A DNA stretch of 64,000 nt from Candidatus Poribacteria bacterium (GTDB taxonomy: Bacteria; Poribacteria; WGA-4E; WGA-3G), in NCBI GenBank assembly GCA_963663765.2, contig CAXXUA010000006.1, forward strand, positions 384,001 through 448,000, read 5' to 3'. A program made the position numbers and the translations under genes. Below the pieces are notes generated by a model that saw only the letters and a list, made by a program, of their open reading frames with translations, was not told the DNA's origin and searched no databases. Shown here one piece after another: positions 10,991-19,808 of the stretch. Within the stretch, counting starts at the first letter, position 1; each line of letters opens with the position of its first letter.

Positions 10991-11545
10991 TTGAAAGATG
11001 ATAGAAAATTTCTTATCGGTGCCGATGTCATTGCACACTTGATACCTGAGCGGCATCCAATGATTATGGTTGATCGGGTTATTGGTTATAGGAGTTCACC
11101 GCGACTCCAACTATCTGCCGAACGCTATGTGTCTGCTAACGAACCGGTATTTGTTGGGCATTTTCCAGATTTAAAATTGTGGCCCGGTGTTCACACTATT
11201 GAGGGTCTCCGACAATGCTGTGTACTTCTTGATGTCATTCGCCAACTGGAAAAAGTAGGGATGCTTGACGGACTTCTTGAGCTTCAAAGGGGCTATACGT
11301 TACAACTTCAAGTGGATCAAGTTCTGTGTCAGCGTGTGCTTGATACCCTACAAAGGTTACGTCAGCTTGAGCAATTGCCCCTTAGATTACGCGTAAAACT
11401 GCTTTCTCCGATTTTCGCGGGATGTACCATTGCGTATCAGGTCTATCAGAATACCCCAGACGTGCAGAGTTGGTCAGTACAAGCCGAAGTCAATGGGCAA
11501 AGCGTTGCGAAAGGAGAAATTGTATGTACATCTTTCGCTGGCTAA
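10991..11545 (+). CDS. Second FabZ-like dehydratase
   Basis: LIPERHPMIMVDRV, FVGHFP and WPGVHTIEG motifs. Confidence 0.8.
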   Translation: MKDDRKFLIGADVIAHLIPERHPMIMVDRVIGYRSSPRLQLSAERYVSANEPVFVGHFPDLKLWPGVHTIEGLRQCCVLLDVIRQLEKVGMLDGLLELQRGYTLQLQVDQVLCQRVLDTLQRLRQLEQLPLRLRVKLLSPIFAGCTIAYQVYQNTPDVQSWSVQAEVNGQSVAKGEIVCTSFAG

Positions 11546-12867
11546 CGTTGATGCTGGCACTACTCATTTGCGGTTGTAGTAAGGAATATCTCGTTTGGTA
11601 CGGTCACAGTCCTGACCGCCTCCACCGAGTAGAAGTCATTGAAAAAGATAAACGTCAACAACTCAAGTTAGACGCAACACTTTCGCAACCTTACCTTGGT
11701 GTGGCACTGGAAACCATTGTCTTTAGTAAAGATTCCAAACGTTTTGCCTATGCTGCTGAGACAGATTCGGGTTGGGTTGTCATCGCTGATGGCGTGCATA
11801 GCCGTCCATGGACAGGCGTCGGAGAAGTCGTATTTGGTCCTCAGCATCAACTCGCTTATGTTGCTGCGGATTCGGAAGGTTGGCGAGTTATACTCGAAAG
11901 CACACCGAGCTCTCCGTTTGAAGCTGTAATGCAAGGATCGCTTACCTTATCACCCAGGGGGTGCCGCCTCGCTTTCGTGGTTGTTGAGGGTAATCAATTC
12001 CGTGTCATTGTGGACGGAGAGGCTGACCCACTTTATGACGCTATTGGTATGCTTCGGTTCGTACCTATAGGTGAACAGTTCGTCTATGTTGCCAGAATAG
12101 GTGATCAACAATACCTCGCCTTAGATGAGAAATTGCTGGGACCGTTTGATTTACTTGCTGATTTCACCTTCGGTCCAAACGGCAAATTAGGTATACTGGC
12201 TCGATACAATGACGGATGGCAAGCAGTAATAGATGGTCAAAAGAGTGAAGTCTTTGATAACTTAGGCAGCATTCAATTCTCGCAAGGCGGACAGTATGCC
12301 TATGCTGCCGAACTGAACGATAGCTGGTTCATTATCCGAGATGGTGAACGCAGTTTAGCCTTTAGCAGCGTCAATCAACTTACTTTTGCGGGGGAGTCAT
12401 TATTCTACAAGGCAAGTTGTGACAGCGACAACTTTGTTGTCTCTGACACTATTCGCGGCCCATCATTGAAATGGGTAGGACGTTTGATTGTCAGTCCTGA
12501 TGGGCTTCACCTCGTCTACATGGGACAGCCTTGGGACGGGAGCGTCTCAGTTTTTCACAATGGGACGGTGAACGCTGTCCCTTACGCGCTAAAAGGCACA
12601 CTCGTTTTGAGCAACGACTATCAACATTGGGCATGCTTAGTGCAAAACGAAATTGATGGGGGCATTGATATTGTTGTTGATGGACAATTTCGTTACCCTT
12701 TTGATTTGGAAGAGATGATGGCACTCATCATGTTAACCCCTGATGCTTTGAGTTTCCAACACGAAAAAATGATACGCCGTTGGGTTAAAGCGGAACTCGA
12801 ACACTACTACGCCAAAGCAGCATCAACACAATCGTCTGAAAAGTCTAAGAATTCAACGCAAAAGTAA
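11524..12867 (+). CDS. Lipoprotein with repeated beta-propeller-like (TolB/PD40-like) blades
   Basis: LLICGC lipobox and repeated FS-x-DG-x-x-x-AY units. Confidence 0.7.
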   Translation: MYIFRWLTLMLALLICGCSKEYLVWYGHSPDRLHRVEVIEKDKRQQLKLDATLSQPYLGVALETIVFSKDSKRFAYAAETDSGWVVIADGVHSRPWTGVGEVVFGPQHQLAYVAADSEGWRVILESTPSSPFEAVMQGSLTLSPRGCRLAFVVVEGNQFRVIVDGEADPLYDAIGMLRFVPIGEQFVYVARIGDQQYLALDEKLLGPFDLLADFTFGPNGKLGILARYNDGWQAVIDGQKSEVFDNLGSIQFSQGGQYAYAAELNDSWFIIRDGERSLAFSSVNQLTFAGESLFYKASCDSDNFVVSDTIRGPSLKWVGRLIVSPDGLHLVYMGQPWDGSVSVFHNGTVNAVPYALKGTLVLSNDYQHWACLVQNEIDGGIDIVVDGQFRYPFDLEEMMALIMLTPDALSFQHEKMIRRWVKAELEHYYAKAASTQSSEKSKNSTQK

Positions 12868-13776
12868 TCTGAAAAGCATATAATGGGAAATATATGCAGA
12901 AAACGGAAAAATATCTGCAAGGAGGTACGCATGAAAGCAGGGTTATTCAGTTTTAACCATTTTTCACATTTTTGTGAGAAAATCGCGACCGGGAGGTCGC
13001 TCCTACCGCATTGGGCATGCTTAGTGCAAAACGAAATTGATGGGGGCATTGATATTGTTGTTGATGGACAATTTCGTTACCCTTTTGATTTGGAAGAGAT
13101 GATGGCACTCATCATGTTAACCCCTGATGCTTTGAGTTTCCAACACGAAAAAATGATACGCCGTTGGGTTAAAGCGAAACTCGAACACTACTACGCCAAA
13201 GCAGCATCAACACAATCGTCTGAAAAGTCTAAGAATTCAACGCAAAAGTAATCTGAAAAGCATATAATGGGAAATATATGCAGAAAACAGAAAAATATCT
13301 GCAAGGAGGTACGCATGAAAGCAGGGTTATTCAGTTTTAACCATTTTTCACATTTTTGTGAGAAAATCGCGACCGGGAGGTCGCTCCTACCGCATTGGGC
13401 ATGCTTAGTGCAAAACGAAATTGATGGGGGCATTGATATTGTTGTTGATGGAAAATTTCAATACCCTTTTGATTTGGAAGAGATGATGGCACTCATCATG
13501 TTAACCCCTGATGCTTTGAGTTTCCAACACGAAAAAATGATACGCCGTTGGGTTAAAGCGGAACTCGAACACTACTACGCCAAAGCAGCATCAACACAAT
13601 CGTCTGAAAAGTCTAAGAATTCAACGCAAAAGTAATCTGAAAAGCATATAATGGGAAATATATGCAGAAAACGGAAAAATATCTGCAAGGAGGTACGCAT
13701 GAAAGCAGGGTTATTCAGTTTTAACCATTTTTCACATTTTTGTGAGAAAATCGCGACCGGGAGGTCGCTCCTACCG
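12625..13776 (+). repeat. Three tandem copies of a 384-bp unit (gene 3' end, left end of a family-B MITE, REP hairpin)
   Basis: Units start at 12625, 13009 and 13393 and are near-identical. They produce the artefactual ORFs at 12883 and 13267. Confidence 0.95.
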
Positions 13777-13931
13777 CGAGGTCTCTTTTTCAATTATCCA
13801 AAAATTAGGAAAACTGAATAACCCTGGGGTTGGAATAGAATATGCTTGTTTTAAAAATGAGTTAGGTTTTGATAATTAGCATTATCAAACATTATACAAA
13901 GTTCAACACTTTTTCAAAAAGGGAATATCGT

Positions 13932-14174
13932 ATGATAGAACTTATCAGATTTATTCTTTTCATGGTCATCATACTTACTTCAGCTATTCTGTGGTTTAAA
14001 TACAATAGCGGGTGGGTCACTGCAATATTGCTTGGTGGTCTTGTTATCGATTTTTGTTTATATACTTATTCTTTAAGTCGCGACGTGGATGGCGACATAA
14101 TAGAGGACAAACGTTTCAAAGTGTCTTTGATCAGTTATGTTTTTGCATTCCTTTTCATACTGGCTACTACGTGA
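13932..14174 (+). CDS. Small membrane protein, possibly degraded; paralogous copy at 40423
   Basis: Hydrophobic ORF with an ATG after AAGGGA. Region 13826-14302 is duplicated at 40319-40792. Confidence 0.5.
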   Translation: MIELIRFILFMVIILTSAILWFKYNSGWVTAILLGGLVIDFCLYTYSLSRDVDGDIIEDKRFKVSLISYVFAFLFILATT

Positions 14175-14232
14175 TATTAGCACTATCAAACCTATTTGTA
14201 AGGTTTCGGCTATACATTTAGTGATTATATTT

Positions 14233-14994
14233 CTAAGCTTTTGGAAGTGCATATACACCGCGTTGGACTCGGACAACCTCACCTTTTTCAACAAGCCTTG
14301 AAAGGGCATAGTTTATCGCTTGCAGTGTTCCATTAAGTGCAGCAACTAACTCGGCTGTTTTTTTCTTACCGTCAGAAAGCAAAGAGAGTATCTCATCTCG
14401 GTAAGGGGCACGTAAGATATTCCTACCTCTGATCTTTTGTAGGATACGGTTTGCTTGCCGGACAGAGCATCCCAAAATACGTTCCACCTCTTCTCTGCTT
14501 GTTTCGTCAGTAATATTTTCGCGTTCAGTTTCAAAACGTTGCCGTGTGCGTATCTTCTCCGCAAGTTTATCTATTCCACCAGCAATCTCAAAATCTTCCC
14601 AGTCAAAAAGTAGGACTTCCGGTCTGTTAGTGATGTTGGGTAGTTCTAAGCTTGATATTAAAACGATTTTTTTATCTGTGAAACGATCTAATCCAACGTG
14701 CCCGATAATTTGCATGAATACATTAATTACTACTTCTTCATAAATACTTTGTACGCGTTCGTCTTTGTAGTATCCTGTTTTCGAATCTCTTTCATAACAC
14801 AGCGGAATTTCGTCATTTCCAAACAAAATATGTGCTCTTGACCAAACAGCACGCGGTCCTACTTCTGGTGTGCCAATGATCCAGATAACATCTGCTGCCT
14901 CAAAAGATGCTTTAAATTTTCCGGTTTCATTAAAGCCTGATATGAAACAAACCTTTTCCTTTTCCACAGTCCCTTTTAAGTGTCTAATACCCAA
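14233..14994 (-). pseudogene. C-terminal fragment of a paralog of the 50527-53907 protein (wHTH end)
   Basis: ADVIWIIGTP, FDWEDFEIAGG and ILGCSVRQANR align with the C-terminus of that ORF. No proper start. Confidence 0.85.
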
Positions 14995-15064
14995 TTAACG
15001 TGAGTCGTCTTGCTAAGTGTGCGGTTAGGAAACCGCACCTACCGTTGGAAAAAGATAAATTACG

Positions 15065-16786
15065 TTAATTTGGTATAAGTTCGTGAAGTTCAGCGCGGAG
15101 CGCATTGATGGGTGCAAACAGTACCTCTTTGACAATAACAGGTGGGTCTAATAAGTTGCCATGCAGGATTTCGTAGCGCGCATCCCAGCAACCATATCCT
15201 TCTTTCCCTAACATTTGAAGAAAGAGGACGTGTTGATGTTGATTTTCCGATGTCGATGTGCCTTTATGGATATAATATGTTGCCTTACCGGTATTTGGAT
15301 GTAGGTAATCCTGCACCCTGCAAGAAAAGCGTATACCACCCAATTCTGTAAGTGTCAAGAGTGGATTTTTAACGAGATTAACAAGAAATTCAACACAGTG
15401 AAGAACAGCATCTGGGACTGCACATATTCCCTCATAAGTGAATACGAGATCGTGCCAATTTGCCCCGTTGTAACCAGAAGGGGAACCAGTATAAACGTTC
15501 ATCCCCCACGAGTTATCCCACCGTTCCATTGGCCAATCTTTTATTCCTTGGCGTTGGTAAAAACGTTCTCCACCAAAGAAACTCGGACCTTGGTCATCTT
15601 CAGGGGAGTGACCTATCGGCATAAAGGAAATACCAGCATCCTCTAAATCATCAAGCAACACAGGATAATTGCGTGCACAATAGATGCTGTGTTGATGCGG
15701 ATAACCTCTGTTGTGAATAGCAGGCATTATCTCTGTCCTGCGTTGCCTGATTTGAAAACGGAGCGAATAATAATCTATCATTTTTTCTGCGTCAAGTTCT
15801 AAATCAGAACTGAATAATAAGACGTAAGCTTGCTGTTTAGTGGTTAGGTTTGTTTTTTTGATACAAACGACATTCAATGGGTCGGGGAACTTTTTGTGGT
15901 GTAGTTCCATTTGATACACATCAGTTCTCAGATTGTCCTCTGTCTGTGTAAAAATAGAGTATTTTTCATCAATCTTATGTGGATTGACACGTTCTCCATA
16001 GATCGCACGCCGTCCGCGTCCCTTGTAAGGTGTTGTCGGTGGAAAATGCAACGCAGCATCGGTGCGTAGTTTTGAAATAAGATGGAGACCACATTGATTT
16101 ACCATTTGTAGAGCGTTATTATTTCCAAAATAGCCATCCAGGACAAAATAACGGATGGGTATCAAGTTATTTATTAGTTGTAGCACTTTTTTGAGCAGCG
16201 TTTGAAGTTGTTTCAAAGTATCACTGAGAACGACATCTCTTTTATTTTTGTTTCGGCTCCCTTTTGGACGTCCACCTTTAGATTTTGCTGTCTTGTTGGT
16301 GATGTCTGACTGTTTAGTCGGAGCGGCAGCAGGCTTTGAAGTTTTTTCACACCGAACGATTTGCTCAATAGCCATCGGGTAGGAACGTCGCTGAGATACA
16401 CTGACTAAGGATATGGCTAAGAACGATAAACCGGGTATGCTTTTCCCATGCAATGAGGAAAAAAAGCGTGATAAACCATAGGTGCATTTTCCATCTTTGC
16501 TTCTGACAACTTCATCGCCTGCTAAGATATAAACACTCTCATGATCAAGCAAGTGTGTGCGAAAAAAAGTCCAACACATTGTCGTCCAAGGAAGAACTGT
16601 GTTGAAAAAGCGTTGTATAGTGCGGTAACTACCTCCTTTTAATGTCCAACGAGAGATATTTAACATGGTGACCCGTCCTGTCATCGCAAGTAGTGCGAAT
16701 ACAACTTGACATAACTGACGGATCGTTGTTTTTGAAATACATGGATTAAGAATTGAAAAAAGTGCTATAATTTCTAACATGGGCAT
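15065..16786 (-). pseudogene. Chimeric ORF: truncated DDE transposase (IS701/IS4-like) fused to the N-terminal fragment of the 50527 paralog
   Basis: LAGDE and VLDGYFG acidic motifs, then YSLRFQI breaking just before the expected Glu of Y-x2-R-x3-E. RQRRTEIMP follows, homologous to RQRRTEVTP. Confidence 0.85.
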
Positions 16787-16855
16787 TTGTCCTTTTGTTT
16801 TGTGATTATAATGTAAACATTATAGGACAAAAGCCCATTTTATTCAACTAATTTT

Positions 16856-16869
16856 TGGCGAAGGTATTG
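16856..16869 (-). mobile_element. Terminal inverted repeat of the truncated IS, identical to the MITE family A TIR
   Basis: TGGCGAAGGTATTG, 70 bp upstream of the transposase start. Confidence 0.9.
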
Positions 16870-16892
16870 ATATAATACACGTTGTTTTCATC

Positions 16893-17472
16893 CTTTTAAT
16901 CGAACCAGTTTGGAATAGAAACATAACGATCTATGCTACGCTGTAGACCCTTGGGGTAACTTTTAATCGAACCCATAGGTGTCAACATAAGAAAAAGTCA
17001 AGTGCTAAATACCCCATCCCGGTAGGCATGCTTTGTAAGTGCGCCGATAAACACAGGATTGGAAAAGGCGCGCTTACAAAGCACCAAATCAACGGTATGA
17101 ATGCTGTTTAGGCATTCCCCGCCTACCTTGAGTGAGAAAATCGGGATTTCAAGGTTTCCCTCCTATTGGCAACGGCGCGCTTACAAAGCACGCTGCAGGG
17201 GAGTGCGGGTGAGTGCGGGGCGCGCTTACAAAGCACGCCTGCAGGAGAGTGCAGTTGGGTGGCGCGCTTACAAAGCACGCCTGCAGGGGAGTGCAGTTGG
17301 GTGGCGCGCTTACAAAGCACGCCTACCTTGAGTGAGAAAATCGGGGTTTCAAGGTTTCCCTCCTACAATAATATGAATCGCTAAGTTGACACCTATGGGG
17401 TACCTTTTAATCGAACCAGTTTGGAATAGAAACGGGGATAGTTGTCAGTTGTCAGCCGTAAGCCTTTTAATC
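16893..17472 (+). CRISPR. CRISPR array fragment B (trailer end, CTTTTAAT-type repeat), interrupted by a MITE
   Basis: Full repeats at 16893 and 17404, a partial one at 16960-16973, and a degenerate terminal CTTTTAATCG at ~17464. Confidence 0.9.
16974..17397 (+). mobile_element. MITE (TIR CATAGGTGTCAAC) carrying REP repeats, flanked by a 20-bp direct repeat
   Basis: CATAGGTGTCAAC...GTTGACACCTATG; flanks GGGTAACTTTTAATCGAACC and GGGTACCTTTTAATCGAACC. Confidence 0.85.
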
Positions 17473-17845
17473 GCTATGCGTTCGGAATCGCGGATTACAC
17501 GGAAGAACGCGGAGAAGAAACCTACATCTAATCTTATTCCTTAGAAAACATTTATCCTCTGCAATAAAATATCAGGAAGGGATCTTAACCGTGAGTCTGT
17601 CTGAACGAGGATGGACAGGATGGACAGATTACCAGGATTTACCTCATCAGATCCTATTTCAAAAGAGAGCATAAACGCATATCAAATACAATTGAAGAGG
17701 GAAATACCGGTTCAAACACAAGAGCAGAGGACGCGGAGAACGCGGGTTGGGGTACGGAATCGCGGGTTATGCGGATTGCGCGGAAGAACGCGGGGAGTTT
17801 CATCCGTGTAATCCGTGATTCCTTACACACCCTGCCAAACTATAG

Positions 17846-18124
17846 CAGGACTTACGCAGTTTCTTGATTTAATCAAGGATTATGTTGAAAATGATGTAAT
17901 TAATCAGTATTGTTATAGGGTTCCAGCGCGCTTACAAAGCACCAAATCAAGAAATCAAGAAATCAACGGTATGAATGCCTTTTGGCATTCCCCGGGTATG
18001 AATGCCTTTTGGCATTCCCCGGGTATGAATGCCTTTTGGCATTCCCCGGGTATGAATCATGGAGCATGCCACACGCGCATGCTTCTTTATGCATTCCCCG
18101 CCTACCGTTTTTGCGTAAGTTCTG
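17846..18124 (+). mobile_element. MITE (TIR CAGGACTTACGCA), 5-bp TSD TATAG
   Basis: CAGGACTTACGCA...TGCGTAAGTTCTG with TATAG on both sides. A shorter copy lies at 36960-37082. Confidence 0.8.
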
Positions 18125-18139
18125 TATAGTAATTAATTA

Positions 18140-18168
18140 TTGACAAGGAAGGCAAATATTGGTAAAAT
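18140..18168 (+). promoter_or_regulatory. sigma70-type promoter of cas6
   Basis: TTGACA-17 bp-TAAAAT. Confidence 0.7.
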
Positions 18169-18222
18169 ACAGATACTGATTTGAATGTTTTTTTCTATCC
18201 CCTTCACAAAGTATAATCGTGT

Positions 18223-18975
18223 ATGCGCATACAAATCCTTGCGGATGTCGGTAAAGGCATCACCTTACCCATCAACTACAATCACCTGCTTGTAGGTGTA
18301 ATTTACAAGTTCCTTGCAGAATCTAACTCGGAATATGCCGATTTTCTCCACGAAGAAGGCTACCACGTTGATGCGAAACGGTTCAAACTCTTTACCTTCT
18401 CGCAACTGATGGCTGAACGCAGACATATCAACGGTGATCAGATACATTTTCGTTCTGCTTTGACGTGGTTTGTCTCCTCTCCTATTGAACAATTCCTATC
18501 GCATTTTGCGGATACACTCCTCACCGGAGGTAGACTTTCGGTTGGCAAACACGACCTCAAGATTCGGGATGTGACAATCCCGCGCGCACCGCGTTTTCGG
18601 TCGGAGATGGCGTTCCGATGCTTGTCTCCGATCGTGATGTCGGCTGTGCGTGAACACGAAGGCAAACGTGGCATGCACTACTGCTTGCCTGACGATTCTG
18701 AACTCTCCGAACTCATCCGTCAAAACCTTATCCGCAAACATCAAGCGATTTATGAACGCACACCGCAAGACGATTCGTTATCCTTCCGTTTTGATGACCG
18801 CTATATCCATAGGAAACAGGGACGCGTCACTCGGCTTGTTGATTTCAAGGGCATCAAAATACGTGGGATTTTGTGTCCGTTTCGTGTGTCTGGCAGCGTG
18901 GCATTGATTCAGACGGGTTATGAATGCGGGTTTGGGGATAAGAATAGTGCTGGTTTTGGGATGGTTGGGGTTTGA
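18223..18975 (+). CDS. cas6: CRISPR endoribonuclease Cas6
   Basis: LPINYN, FKLFTFS, LSPIV and the C-terminal glycine-rich loop GFGDKNSAGFG. Confidence 0.96.
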   Translation: MRIQILADVGKGITLPINYNHLLVGVIYKFLAESNSEYADFLHEEGYHVDAKRFKLFTFSQLMAERRHINGDQIHFRSALTWFVSSPIEQFLSHFADTLLTGGRLSVGKHDLKIRDVTIPRAPRFRSEMAFRCLSPIVMSAVREHEGKRGMHYCLPDDSELSELIRQNLIRKHQAIYERTPQDDSLSFRFDDRYIHRKQGRVTRLVDFKGIKIRGILCPFRVSGSVALIQTGYECGFGDKNSAGFGMVGV

Positions 18976-18990
18976 GAGTCACGATTTTCA

Positions 18991-19022
18991 TCTTGACAGA
19001 TATATCAAGAACCTTGTATAAT
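18991..19022 (+). promoter_or_regulatory. Promoter with an inverted-repeat operator upstream of the antitoxin-like gene
   Basis: TTGACA-18-TATAAT, with the palindrome TCTTGA-N8-TCAAGA overlapping the -35 box. Confidence 0.65.
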
Positions 19023-19067
19023 GTTAATGCTTTTTTAGAAGTCTTAGAATTAATATAGGTTGTAGGA

Positions 19068-19289
19068 TTGAAATTTCAATGGGATAGTCAACATAACACA
19101 GAAATGCTTGATGAATATGATTTCAGCGAAGGTATACGAGGTAAATATGCTGAAAAATACTACGCAGTAAGAAATATGGTTAGGCTTGATGCGGATGTTG
19201 CCAAGATGTTCCCTGATACGAAATCTGTCAACGATGTTTTGCGAACGTTAGGTAAAATCATCGCAGACTATCAGAAAAAAGCATTATAG
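19068..19289 (+). CDS. BrnA-like antitoxin with a BrnT-like N-terminal stub (MKFQWD)
   Basis: EYDFS-x-G-x-RGKYA...V-x-LD-x-DVA-x-x-FP-x-x-x-SVN-x-x-LR pattern, typical of BrnT-associated antitoxins. Confidence 0.7.
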   Translation: MKFQWDSQHNTEMLDEYDFSEGIRGKYAEKYYAVRNMVRLDADVAKMFPDTKSVNDVLRTLGKIIADYQKKAL

Positions 19290-19332
19290 TCTTAAATGTC
19301 CGCGCTTCAGAGAGAAAAGCATACGTAGGTTG

Positions 19333-19472
19333 AGTTTGGAATAGAAACCTGTCTTGCTAAATTGCACGTGGTGGAAGTGTTAGTTTTAATCGCACCAGTT
19401 TGGAATAGAAATGTATATTGTTGTATAGTTTTATTAAGAACTGTAATTATCTAATCGAACCAATTTGGAATA
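19333..19472 (+). CRISPR. Degenerate two-spacer mini-array (putative crRNA-like regulatory RNA)
   Basis: Half repeat ending at 19348, repeat GTTTTAATCGCACCAGTTTGGAATAGAAAT (19383-19412), and repeat TATCTAATCGAACCAATTTGGAATA (19448-19472). Spacers are 34 and 35 nt. Confidence 0.88.
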
Positions 19473-19639
19473 TGTTAGGTTTTAGAATTAATTGGACATT
19501 ATTCGCCTGTAGGAGGGAACTCAGATTCCCGACTATCAGTGCCTTTAGTCGCGATTGGGAGATCGCTCCTACAAGTGTGGTGTATAATAATTTAAATAAT
19601 TCACGATAAACAAGAATTACGCCCAAAATAAAAAAAGAT

Positions 19640-19689
19640 TTGACATCCACTAATTATTAAGGTATAATACCAGTATATTGTTGTGTAGT
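19640..19689 (+). promoter_or_regulatory. Promoter of the cas8b-cas7-cas5-cas3 operon with the mini-array target site
   Basis: TTGACA (19640)-17 bp-TATAAT (19663), then CCA (19670-19672) and GTATATTGTTGTGTAGT. Confidence 0.85.
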
Positions 19690-19808
19690 AAGTAAAAAAT
19701 TGATAAGTTATTGACAATTTAATCCGATATGTAATAGTTTTACATGACAACCGTTATTTACTTACGTTATAATTATCTTTACATAGTCTTTTGTAGGAGG
19801 TGTTTGGA

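Noticed and set aside
12883-13635. Two 122-aa ORFs
   Set aside because: By-products of the 384-bp triplication.
15007-15016. GTCTTGCTAA match to mini-array spacer 1
   Set aside because: Only 10 nt, not starting at spacer position 1, with no CCN PAM.
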